Positions 1-9,100 of a stretch of DNA of 54,447 nucleotides are shown here, one piece after another. The notes under the pieces were generated by a model that saw nothing but the letters and a program-made list of their open reading frames with translations, had not been told where the DNA came from and made no database searches. Source of the stretch: a virus (lineage: Duplodnaviria > Caudoviricetes); IMG/VR virus record IMGVR_UViG_3300045579_000282, positions 1 to 54,447 of that record, one strand, 5' to 3'. Position 1 is the stretch's first letter; every line of letters starts with the position of its first letter. A program made the position numbers and the translations under genes.

Positions 1-1122
1 ATGGCTACAGGTCAAGGCGGCAACGGTGCCGTGGAATTCAACGATATTCAACAGGTCGCTGAGATCCCCAAAGCGGATGCGCTGGTAGGCGTGAACATTG
101 CTGGGCGTTGGCGGCTTGATGAGAAGTTTCACGAGGGGAAGCAAGAGTCTGGAGGTAATTTTGGCATTGGCTACACCGCGACAGACCTTGACGATGGCTC
201 GCGAAGGTTCGTTAAGGTTGTGGACTTCCGCAGTCGCATGAGTGATTTGAGTCAGTTGCGTCAACTGCTCGAATTGGCAGAGTTTGAGGTGGTCATGCAT
301 AAGGCGTGCATGCGAATGTCTAAAGTCGTTCGCATGGTTGGTCACGGTCAACTGGCATTTCAAACTCCCACAAATCCAGATCCTTACAACTATCTCTGTC
401 TCGTGCTAGAGCGTGGCGATGGCGACATAAAAAGTCATGTCGATTTCCGTCCTGACCGGAGTCCGTACTGGAAGCTGTGGGTGTTGAGAGAGGTTGCGCT
501 TGCCATCGTACAGATGGAGCGCGCTCAGCTCGCGCACAACGATATCAAGCCTTCAAATGTCATTCGGTTTCCGAGCAATGGAGTCTCACACAATATCAAG
601 CTGGGTGACCTGGGCCGGGCAGTAACCAAATCTGGGACAGGGCCTTTCGATGGATATGGATGGGCAGGCGATCCAAGGCACAAGCCGCTGGAAGTGCTCT
701 ATGGCTGGGAGGAGCCGGAATGGCAAAACCGTAGGACTGCAGCTGACGCTTACATGCTCGGAAACCTCGTGAGTTTCCTTTTTTCTGGGGCGTCCCTAAC
801 TGAGCGCGTGACGAACTCGCTGCCGCCTGAATACCGGCATGGAGCCGGTGGCTTTGTTGGACCTTATCGTGAGTTGCTGGACATCATCCGTTACACACGC
901 AATAGTGTGCTCGAAAACCAGGTCATTCCAACTTTTCCCGCCGAATTGCGCCAAGAGCTGGGTGATATCGTCCGTTGGTTAACTGAGCCTGATCCGAAGT
1001 TACGTGGTGAGCCAAGTGCACGGCGTGCTGGCTCCGTCGGCATCGACAGAATTCAGTCTCGCTTGGAGCGTCTCGCCCAGCGGGCACAACTATATGAGCG
1101 CCTCAGCGTGAAACCCAAATGA
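1..1122 (+). CDS. Hanks-type Ser/Thr protein kinase
   Basis: Gly-rich loop GGNFGIGY, beta3 Lys (FVKVV), catalytic loop HNDIKPSN, DLG (DFG equivalent), subdomain IX DAYMLG. Confidence 0.9.
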   Translation: MATGQGGNGAVEFNDIQQVAEIPKADALVGVNIAGRWRLDEKFHEGKQESGGNFGIGYTATDLDDGSRRFVKVVDFRSRMSDLSQLRQLLELAEFEVVMHKACMRMSKVVRMVGHGQLAFQTPTNPDPYNYLCLVLERGDGDIKSHVDFRPDRSPYWKLWVLREVALAIVQMERAQLAHNDIKPSNVIRFPSNGVSHNIKLGDLGRAVTKSGTGPFDGYGWAGDPRHKPLEVLYGWEEPEWQNRRTAADAYMLGNLVSFLFSGASLTERVTNSLPPEYRHGAGGFVGPYRELLDIIRYTRNSVLENQVIPTFPAELRQELGDIVRWLTEPDPKLRGEPSARRAGSVGIDRIQSRLERLAQRAQLYERLSVKPK

Positions 1123-2738
1123 ACAGGTTACTCCCCACTCGCAGGCTCATTCCCAAGTGGCGCAAGGCTCGGTTTTCCTTGAACCAGCCGGAAATGCTCG
1201 GGCTCGTCCAGTCTGTTAAGTCATTTGTACCTATTCCAACAAGCGATGAGGCTGTCGATATTGCAATATGGACATGGGAGCAAAGCAAGTCTATCGGTGA
1301 CCTTGCAGATCTTCTCGCGTTCGGCATGGATACCCGCCAGCATGTTCGCCTCGTACCTGCAGCTGAGGCAGCGCTGAAGTCACCACAAGCCACCTCGGCA
1401 ATGAAGCTCGTAGCCCAGGAAATTCTTAAGTCAGGTGCTAGCGAAGCGTTTCTGTGGCGCGACTCAGAAGTGGCCAAGAGCGTTCGTGGTTTGAGAGCTC
1501 TGTTGAGCAACACGCCTAATGACGTAATTGCGCTTGTGGATCTGGCTCAGCACCACCTTGCAGTGGGAAAGCAGCGCGCAGCCCATCGCGCACTGATGGT
1601 AGCGCATCAAATTTCTCCCGATTCCGTGCATGTACTTCGTGCTGTAACGCGCTATTGGATTCATGTTGGCATGCCCGACAAGGCCCATGCCTTCATTAAG
1701 AAGGCGCCACGCACCGCAGCTGATCCCTGGCTTATGGCTTCGGAGATTGCAACGGCGCAGATTACGGGGTCTCCGTCTACTCAGCTCCGTAAAGCTCAGC
1801 GAGCCCTGGCCATCAAATCTTTCAAAAGTAGAGACGTTACGGAGCTCGCTGGCGCAGTTGGAGGTGCAGAGCTATATCAGGGTAACTTCAAGGAAGCGAG
1901 AAAGCTATTTCGTCTTGCACTTGAATATCCCACCGACAATGTGTTGGCACAAGCTATAACGAATCAAGACCACCTTCAGATTGAGATTAATGACTCGCTG
2001 CTTCAGAAGGCCCCGAATGGGGTATTTGAAGGCCGTGCGCTGCAAGCACTTCTACGCACAGACTTCGAAGAGGTGGGGCAGCTCACGGAATTTTGGGCTG
2101 AAGAGGAGGCTTTCTCCAGTCGTCCGCGCCTTCTGCAGTCGTTTGTTCATGGTGCAATGGGCAACTACGAGCGAGCCCTCGAAGCAGCTGAAGCTGGTCT
2201 TTTGACAGATCCGAAGGACACGAGCTTACGAGGCAATCGTGCGTACGCGCTCGCTTTGATGAAACGATTTGATGAGGCTGAGGCCGAACTAAAACTGATC
2301 GATGCGCAAGGGGATGAAGAAAACCGTCCGTTGACGCTTGCTACCATGGGGGCTGTAAAGCTTCTGGTTGGAGAACATGAACTGGGAAGCGCGCTCTATG
2401 AGGATGCTTTGACCGAGTTCGCGCGAAAGAAAGCTGAACTGCAGTATTCAGACTGCCTCGCCTTTTATGCCAGAACGGCAATGAATGCTGAAAGTCCCAT
2501 AAGTTCTGAGTTGCTTCAACGAGCGGTTGACCGCTTCTTGAAAGTGCCGTCACACGCGGCGGCCGTAGTTCTGCGCTCCCTGAACCAGGAAGCCAAAATC
2601 AAAGATAACGAGCCAATGCGCCGTGTAACTCAATGGGAGTGGAATAAGACAGCGAACACCCTCACGCAAAAGCACGGACTGACGAAAAGGGGTGCGCCGG
2701 CCGTGGTGATATCGAACAACGAAAGAAATAGCAAGTAG
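1119..2738 (+). CDS. Tetratricopeptide-repeat protein, translationally coupled to the kinase
   Basis: ATGA overlap with kinase stop; several TPR-like helical pairs (ALVDLAQHHLAVGKQRAA, GNYERALEAAEAGLLTDP, GNRAYALALMKRFDEAEA). Confidence 0.75.
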   Translation: MNRLLPTRRLIPKWRKARFSLNQPEMLGLVQSVKSFVPIPTSDEAVDIAIWTWEQSKSIGDLADLLAFGMDTRQHVRLVPAAEAALKSPQATSAMKLVAQEILKSGASEAFLWRDSEVAKSVRGLRALLSNTPNDVIALVDLAQHHLAVGKQRAAHRALMVAHQISPDSVHVLRAVTRYWIHVGMPDKAHAFIKKAPRTAADPWLMASEIATAQITGSPSTQLRKAQRALAIKSFKSRDVTELAGAVGGAELYQGNFKEARKLFRLALEYPTDNVLAQAITNQDHLQIEINDSLLQKAPNGVFEGRALQALLRTDFEEVGQLTEFWAEEEAFSSRPRLLQSFVHGAMGNYERALEAAEAGLLTDPKDTSLRGNRAYALALMKRFDEAEAELKLIDAQGDEENRPLTLATMGAVKLLVGEHELGSALYEDALTEFARKKAELQYSDCLAFYARTAMNAESPISSELLQRAVDRFLKVPSHAAAVVLRSLNQEAKIKDNEPMRRVTQWEWNKTANTLTQKHGLTKRGAPAVVISNNERNSK

Positions 2739-2895
2739 CGCTAGTTGCGAGATGGTGCGTTTAACACGCTTCGATTGCTTTATGCCATTCTGGAGCGCCA
2801 ACGGATCTTGGCAGGACGTGTCGCACGAACGAAGAGCCTTCGAATGATCGCGTGGTCTTCGCCGTTTTCGCATGAAAAATCTATTGGTATGGGGT

Positions 2896-4320
2896 TCACA
2901 GTTTGGAACGCCTTGACTTATTTTTCTGCACAGGCAGACCTGTAGCCAGCATCCTGCTCAGACCTGCAAAATCCAGCGCAATTTCAAGTTCATCTTGATC
3001 TGGAAAGAGGGTTACTCTGGCCACTAACTCCAGGATGATGAGGGACTTTACTGGCTCCCAATAGTCTCCCCAAATTTCCTCGGTCCTGGCGAGGTGTTTG
3101 ATCACATGCGCAGGCTCAAATTGCGGCAAGTCTTTGAGTTCACCGGGTAAGTTGTCCAGCAAGCCTTGAGGGTTCTTGAATTGTTCAAGAAGGTACGTGA
3201 TGACCACGTCGTGAATGTCTGCAGCGCGTATGGTGGGCGGACCTGTGTCCGTCGCTTTTTCTTGTGGCGTTGCTACGCCTTTGTAGTAGCGATAGCGCAA
3301 CCCGTTCCGATTACTGGATTCGTACATCTTGTACGGTCGACCGTCATGCCAGTAGAGCCGATCGCCCAACGGGAAGAAGATCCAGCGCTCTTCAGTTGTT
3401 GGAACACCCTTGCGTCTTGCGCGTCGGTCCAAGATTTCGTGGACCCGGTCCCATAGGCCCTGCTCGATGATCGGCTGGTGTTTGCTGGCTTGCCATTCCT
3501 GCCGGTAGAACAACTCGCCGAGGTACATGCGGTTGTTCAGAATCCGATACAGACCGTTGCGGTCAATCGGTTTGCCGCCAGCCCTGTTGCCTTGCTGGCT
3601 GACGCGGACTTTGGATCGGTACCCCTGATCTGCTAGCTCGATGATCAGGGCATCGACGGATGCAGCTTCTGTGAAACGCTGAAAAATGTCTTTCACGATC
3701 GCCGCTTCAGTTGCATCGACCTGCAATTCCTGACGCTGATCTTGGTAGTAACCGAGGGGAACGCCGTTGTGCTGCCATTTGCCATTGGCGCGAGCGGCTG
3801 AAATTTTCTCCCGTGTGCGTTCACCTGACTGCTCTCGTTCGAACTGAGCAAACGAGGTGAGCGTGTTGATCATCAGCCGCCCCTGTGGCGATTCCGTGTC
3901 TAGCGACTGGTTGACACTGACCAAGGCAATGCCGGGAATAGTGAATAAAGGAATGATGTCGCAGATGTCTAGGACGTTGCGGCAAACGCGGTCAAGGCGT
4001 TGAATGACCACCGCATCAATCTTGCCGTCCTCCATGTCCTGAAAAAGCTGTTGGAGGGCAGGGCGGTTCATGCTGCCGCCTGAGTACCCGTCGTCGGCAT
4101 AAACGGGTTCAATCAGCTCCCACCCCATGCCTTTCTGGGAGTGAACATAAGCCTTGCAGGACTCGATTTGAGCCTCAATAGAACTCAGCGGTGTGTCGTC
4201 TCGGCTGCTGGACGACACACGTGCATAGACGGCACACCGTCGAATTTTGGTCGAGGTACTTTCGCAGGTGGGATCCGCTGGTTCCAGTTCGCCGGATAGC
4301 TGGTTCATGCCCTCCATCAT
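2896..4320 (-). CDS. Large serine recombinase (resolvase + recombinase domains), copy 1
   Basis: YARVSS catalytic Ser motif, DDGYSGGSMNRPAL, RLDRVCRN, FAQFERE; start could be 4320, 4317 or 4308. Confidence 0.92.
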   Translation of the reverse strand: MMEGMNQLSGELEPADPTCESTSTKIRRCAVYARVSSSSRDDTPLSSIEAQIESCKAYVHSQKGMGWELIEPVYADDGYSGGSMNRPALQQLFQDMEDGKIDAVVIQRLDRVCRNVLDICDIIPLFTIPGIALVSVNQSLDTESPQGRLMINTLTSFAQFEREQSGERTREKISAARANGKWQHNGVPLGYYQDQRQELQVDATEAAIVKDIFQRFTEAASVDALIIELADQGYRSKVRVSQQGNRAGGKPIDRNGLYRILNNRMYLGELFYRQEWQASKHQPIIEQGLWDRVHEILDRRARRKGVPTTEERWIFFPLGDRLYWHDGRPYKMYESSNRNGLRYRYYKGVATPQEKATDTGPPTIRAADIHDVVITYLLEQFKNPQGLLDNLPGELKDLPQFEPAHVIKHLARTEEIWGDYWEPVKSLIILELVARVTLFPDQDELEIALDFAGLSRMLATGLPVQKNKSRRSKL

Positions 4321-4421
4321 CTCAAACTTGGGAGCCAGTCGAAGTCAGGAGAGCAAAGCGAGTTCCCCCTTTGCTGGGGAGATGGCCGATTTGTCTCAGC
4401 CAGAACCAGAGTGCCGGTGCA

Positions 4422-5162
4422 TCAATGGGCCCGTTTGTTGTCCAGTTGATACCCCCGGCGGCGTTCGAACTCCTGATATTCCTTTGTGATCGCAGGGTCG
4501 GAATAGCCTGCGGAGACATCTGATTCCGCGTCGATTCCGTCCAGGCCAGGTAGGCTTGAGACAGACTGCAACCAGTTTTCGCGCGGAATCTGAGGTTCAA
4601 TAAACGGTTTCAGGTACGTATCTAGATGACCATCGTTGGGGGCCTGGATTTCTTTGGTGAGTGCATCCAGATAGGGTTGCTTGCTGGTTCGCATCCAGTT
4701 CACCGACATGTTGGCGCGAAAGCAAAGCTCGGCATGAACGAGCAACATCGTTCTCCCATTGCCATCAAGAAATGGATGGCCGTATGCAAACATGCCCATG
4801 ATGAAGCCGGGGCGTTTGTCCATCTGCTTTTTATCTTGGGCCACAGACAAACCCTCTGAGACTGCCAACCGGCAGTCGCGTGGATGGCAGAAATAAAGCG
4901 CTCCCTTTTTGACCGCGCTGTTAGGCAAAACTTCTGCCCGGTCTTTTCCAGCCCAAGGGTAAAGACCTTCGAACAAGATGCGATGCACCTCTAAGAAATC
5001 GGCGTACTCAATCTGCTTTCTCTTGGCCAGAAAATCCAGCGCGGCTGGAAGCTGTGCACGAAAGAGTTCATGCTCAGCGATCTTGACGATCTCCAGATCT
5101 TTTTCTTTGTCGAAGTTGCGCAGGTACCCTTCGGTCGCAAAATCACCAAACGGGTCAAACAC
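4422..5162 (-). CDS. Fic-domain protein (putative toxin)
   Basis: Fic motif HPFLDGNGRT; N-terminal DPF..GYLRN and HRILFEGLYPWAG typical of class I Fic proteins. Confidence 0.9.
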   Translation of the reverse strand: MFDPFGDFATEGYLRNFDKEKDLEIVKIAEHELFRAQLPAALDFLAKRKQIEYADFLEVHRILFEGLYPWAGKDRAEVLPNSAVKKGALYFCHPRDCRLAVSEGLSVAQDKKQMDKRPGFIMGMFAYGHPFLDGNGRTMLLVHAELCFRANMSVNWMRTSKQPYLDALTKEIQAPNDGHLDTYLKPFIEPQIPRENWLQSVSSLPGLDGIDAESDVSAGYSDPAITKEYQEFERRRGYQLDNKRAH

Positions 5163-5658
5163 GGGCCAGATTCCGATGGTGCGCGATGACCAGCCGGGTC
5201 ATGTCGCGCGGGGAGAGTTTGCCTGCACGTGTCAGTGCAACCAAGAGGTCATCTGTTTTGTCGCTTTTGACCTCGTCGCCAGCCAGCTTCGTCACGGCTT
5301 TGGCCCAAAGGTCTGCAAAAGTTGGGGCAAACACAATGCCCTCGCGCTTGGCCAGTTGACGCACATAAATGGCGGTGGGGTCGCTGCGACGTCGCCGGGC
5401 TCGCTTGAGGTCTTGTGTTCGCTGGTGTTCCATTTTGGCCATGGCCTGCTCAAGCAACGCCTGTCGCCCGATCTGCTCGACCTTGTCAGGTTTGGCATAG
5501 ACGCCGCGATCAAGTCGGGTGATGAGGCCCTTTTCGACCAAAGCTTTGAGCGCGGCAGAAACCTGGGTGGGGCCCCCGAAGTCATTGACGTCTGAGCGCA
5601 GCAGAACGCCATCCCGCCGAGGGCGGAGTGATTGCAAGATGCGTCCTTCGATGTCCAT
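5155..5658 (-). CDS. Putative antitoxin/regulator with AbiEi/DUF6088-like N-terminal winged helix
   Basis: QVSAALKALVEKGLITRLDRGVY resembles the AbiEi-type wHTH; overlaps the fic start by 8 nt; ATG at 5658 preferred because it lies just downstream of a promoter. Confidence 0.65.
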   Translation of the reverse strand: MDIEGRILQSLRPRRDGVLLRSDVNDFGGPTQVSAALKALVEKGLITRLDRGVYAKPDKVEQIGRQALLEQAMAKMEHQRTQDLKRARRRRSDPTAIYVRQLAKREGIVFAPTFADLWAKAVTKLAGDEVKSDKTDDLLVALTRAGKLSPRDMTRLVIAHHRNLARV

Positions 5659-5665
5659 GTGGTTT

Positions 5666-5694
5666 ATTGTATAGGGCAAGAAAAATCTATGCAA
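5666..5694 (-). promoter_or_regulatory. sigma70 promoter for antitoxin-fic operon, probably leaderless transcript
   Basis: Minus strand TTGCAT-N17-TACAAT, with only 7 nt between the -10 and the ATG at 5658 and no SD sequence. Confidence 0.55.
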
Positions 5695-5735
5695 ATCAAT
5701 TATTTATGGAGATATTTATGCCGGTAGAGCGAGCT

Positions 5736-5939
5736 CTTGTGGACGGCTCTTCATATTCGGAGTGCCCACCATACACGGGGGACAGATTTTCTCTGTCCCC
5801 CTTTTTCTTTCCCGGAAGGCCCTGTTTCTGCGGGCCTCCGCGTTTTTTCTTGTGGACGCGACGGGTCAGATTTCCCCGCTTTTTGTCCTTAGAGACCACA
5901 TTTCTCTCTTTTTTCTCTCCTGGCTTGTGGACGTGTCCA
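5736..5939. repeat. Three exact CTTGTGGACG direct repeats; candidate recombination/att region
   Basis: Copies at 5736-5745, 5849-5858 and 5924-5933; third copy extends into TGGAC-GT-GTCCA dyad (5928-5939). Confidence 0.6.
5777..5810 (+). terminator. Intrinsic terminator-like hairpin
   Basis: Perfect 10-bp stem GGGGGACAGA/TCTGTCCCCC, 5-nt loop, followed by TTTTTCTTT; lies just after CCCACCA (5765-5771). Confidence 0.6.
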
Positions 5940-6180
5940 TGAGCTGAGCCTAGTATTCATGCGGGTTCCAGGGATTGGGTTGGACCTTGTCGCTGCACGT
6001 GCATGAGGGATTTGAACTGATTAAAAGACTGCTTCAGGCTGGGAGTAGCCGACCAGCTTAGGCTGGTGTAAAAAGGCCTAAATCCGAAACCAGTCACTCA
6101 AGGCGACCAAAGATTCATGATCGCTATTCACTTATGCTCTGATTGGATGACTCGCCGCGTGGCGGGGAAAGCATTTATAG

Positions 6181-9100
6181 ATGAGCACGAAGAAAGACAC
6201 CAACCGCGAACCACTCCAAGGCACCCAATTGATGAGCACCGTTGCTACGGGGGGCGGTGGTGGCGTCTTCCAAGCGCGTGTTGGTGCTCTCTATCTGACC
6301 AACATGCTCACAGGCCTGCCAACGGCATTCTGCCTACATGGTGCCCGAGTAGAGGAACTTCGCTTCGAAGCGCGCTATACCGGCGCGCACACTGACGATA
6401 TCTACTGTCGGCTGAGCGATGCGAAAGGCTCCCATCTACAGCTCATCCAGTGCAAACGAGGCCTCAATGCTACTGCAGGTGACAAGGATTTCATTGACGG
6501 GCTGCAAGGCGCTTGGCGCGACTTTCTTGGCATTGAGAAGAGTCCGTTTGACCGCGCCTGCGACGTCTTGGTTCTAGCAACCATATCCCCTGCAAAGATC
6601 GCAAACCAAGCGGCGAAACGCCTATGCGAGCTAGCCCGTGCCTCGGTCGACTTGGATGACTTCTTGCAGAAGCTTGAGTCCAAGCTCTTCGACAAGAAGC
6701 ACAAGGACACATGGAACGCCTTTAAGACGGTCTCGAAGGAAACACTGACAGATAAGTACACGGAGGAGCTCGTCTTCAAGCTTCTTCGGCGCTTACGTGT
6801 CGACATTCACGACCTTGGCACGGACTCCTCGCAGGAACTCAGCCTCGTCCAAGCACTTCTGGCTTCAAGGCAGCCTTGCGACTCAGGCGAACTGGTGTGG
6901 GATGGCCTTGTTTCCTATGTGCAGGAGCAAGGCATCACCGCAGGCACCATAACTCGGTCGACTTGGCCTGATACTGCCAAGGAGGGACTGCGAGCGGCCA
7001 TAAGCCGTCTGACGTCATCACGCGGGCTAGGCAGCATCGCTGAGCGCTTGAGCGATCAGGCCAAGCTTCAGCTCTCTCTCCTGTCGACAAACTTACCCAA
7101 CGGGATACATGTCACCCGCAGCGAGTGTGTGGGGCGTGTGCTGGCAGGGTTTGACGAACGTCAGCTCGTGATCATCACTGGCGGCCCGGGCACCGGCAAA
7201 TCGGCTGTTGTGTCAGAGCTCGCCCCGCTGCTGCTGGAGTCTGGTCCATTGTTCTTCTTCAAGGCGGAGGACCTCGGGGAGCCCAGCTTGGCTGCGATGC
7301 AGTCCTTAAACGGTCTTTCCGACCCGGTGCTGGGAATCGACACTCTTCTTAGCACAGCGCAACCGACAGTCATCATTGACTCGCTTGAGAAGGCACTTGA
7401 AGCCCAGAATCCGGGTGCACTTGAAGAGCTGTTGGCACTCGTTCACAAGAACAAGGGGACACGACTTTGTATCACGACGCGCTCTTATGCCCTAAATGGC
7501 CTGTACACCAACTTCCTGTCCAGCTTCTCCAGTCAGATCGTTGATATCCCGCTACTCACCGACTCGGAGATCTCTGCTGCGGTAGCAGGTAGTCCCCTTG
7601 AGGAACTTATTGCCAAAGACTCTGGTGTGAAGGAGGTCCTGCGCGCTCCGTATTACTTGCAGCTTGCCTTCAAGTCCATCGCCGCGGGCGCTGTACTACC
7701 CAGCGTTTCAGGCAACGACCTCAAGCGGACGCTTTGGATAGAGAGGGTTGCGCCCAGTAAGGGCCTGCCGCGGGGGCTAGGCCAGAGACGTCGAACGGCG
7801 TTCGACGCGGTGTGCTACTTGCGCACGGAGCGGTTTGCGCAGTTCGTGGAGGCACCGACAGACGCTGAGGCAGTCACCTCCCTCTTGCAGGACGCAGTGT
7901 TAGTACAAGATGCGGCAGACAGGGTTGCCCCAGCGCACGATGTCTTGGAGGACTGGTCGCTCTTCTTTCAAGTTGAACGCGAGGTTCGCTCTGCCGAGCA
8001 AGACTGGACTGTTTTGTTTACAAAGCTCGGGGCACATGCAGGCATGCGGCGAGCTCTGCGCTCATGGACTGCGCAAAAGTCAGCCGAAAACGACGAAGAC
8101 GCCTACGCGCTAATGCAGGCTGCATTCCGGCCCGAGCCGACTATCCCGCAGTTGTGGCGTGACGAAGTGGCTATAGGACTCTTAAGATCGGAGCGGGTCG
8201 AGGATTTAGTCGCAAAGCTTGGGGGCAATGGCGCCTTCGACAATGTGGCTCTGCTCCAGCGTCTGAGCCATCTGCTGCGGGTCGCTTGCAAAGGCCCAAC
8301 GTCTATCGACTACTCGCACCTGGCAGACGACCCTGCGAACAAGGAATTCATTGCCCGCATTGGGATGGCTGCGCCGGTGGGCAAGGCGTGGGACGTGATG
8401 ATTGAGTTGGTCGCAATGGCATTTCCGACGTTGCCACCCGAAGCCCACTCGTGGGTCGCCCAGCTCGCCGAGGACGCTGTCGCACACGATGACAACTGGT
8501 ATCAGCCTAGCCAACGGGTAGTTGATGTCTTCAACATCGCAGAACAATATTGCAGGCGAGACAGCGGAAGCTGGTATAGGGGGCGGTCCGTTGGCAAGCG
8601 GTTCTACGCGCTACTGTGCCGATGTTCTGGGGCAGACCCCTCTAGATTCAATGTTTTTGTTGACACGCTCCTAGAGCGGATCTCTGGAGACACCAAAGGC
8701 CGAGACCTGTACGCCGAGGAGCGCCTCGAGTTTCTAACGAACGTCAAACACTGTAGAGAACCTTCTTACTTTAGCCCAGACGCGGTGCACAAGGCGTTCC
8801 GCGCGCTCTACGTCGAGGACAAACCTCGGGAAGCAGCTCGTCGCCATTACTCTACCGGTTGGGAGGCGTCACTAGGCCTTAGTGAGCGTGCGGATCACAA
8901 GTTCTTTCCACCCTCCACGCTGCAAGGCCCATTTCGATCTCTATTGCTCTACTCGTTTGCGAAGAGCGTGCGCTTTGTCGTTGAGCTTTGCAATCATGCC
9001 GCAGCATCGTTTGCGAAGTGCCATTCGGAAGAAATTTCGATCGTTCCGCCTGAAAAAAGTCCAAACGGCCGGCCACACATCCACGGCGGTCGACTCTGGG

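Noticed and set aside
5700-5771. Possible tRNA ending in CCCACCA
   Set aside because: No cloverleaf or canonical GTTCRA T-loop upstream; at most a 3' remnant.
5696-5899. Lys/Arg-rich 67-aa ORF
   Set aside because: By-product of purine tracts in the structured junction region; no RBS or motif.
5736-5933. CRISPR-like repeat array
   Set aside because: Repeats are only 10 bp with irregular spacing, and there are no cas genes.
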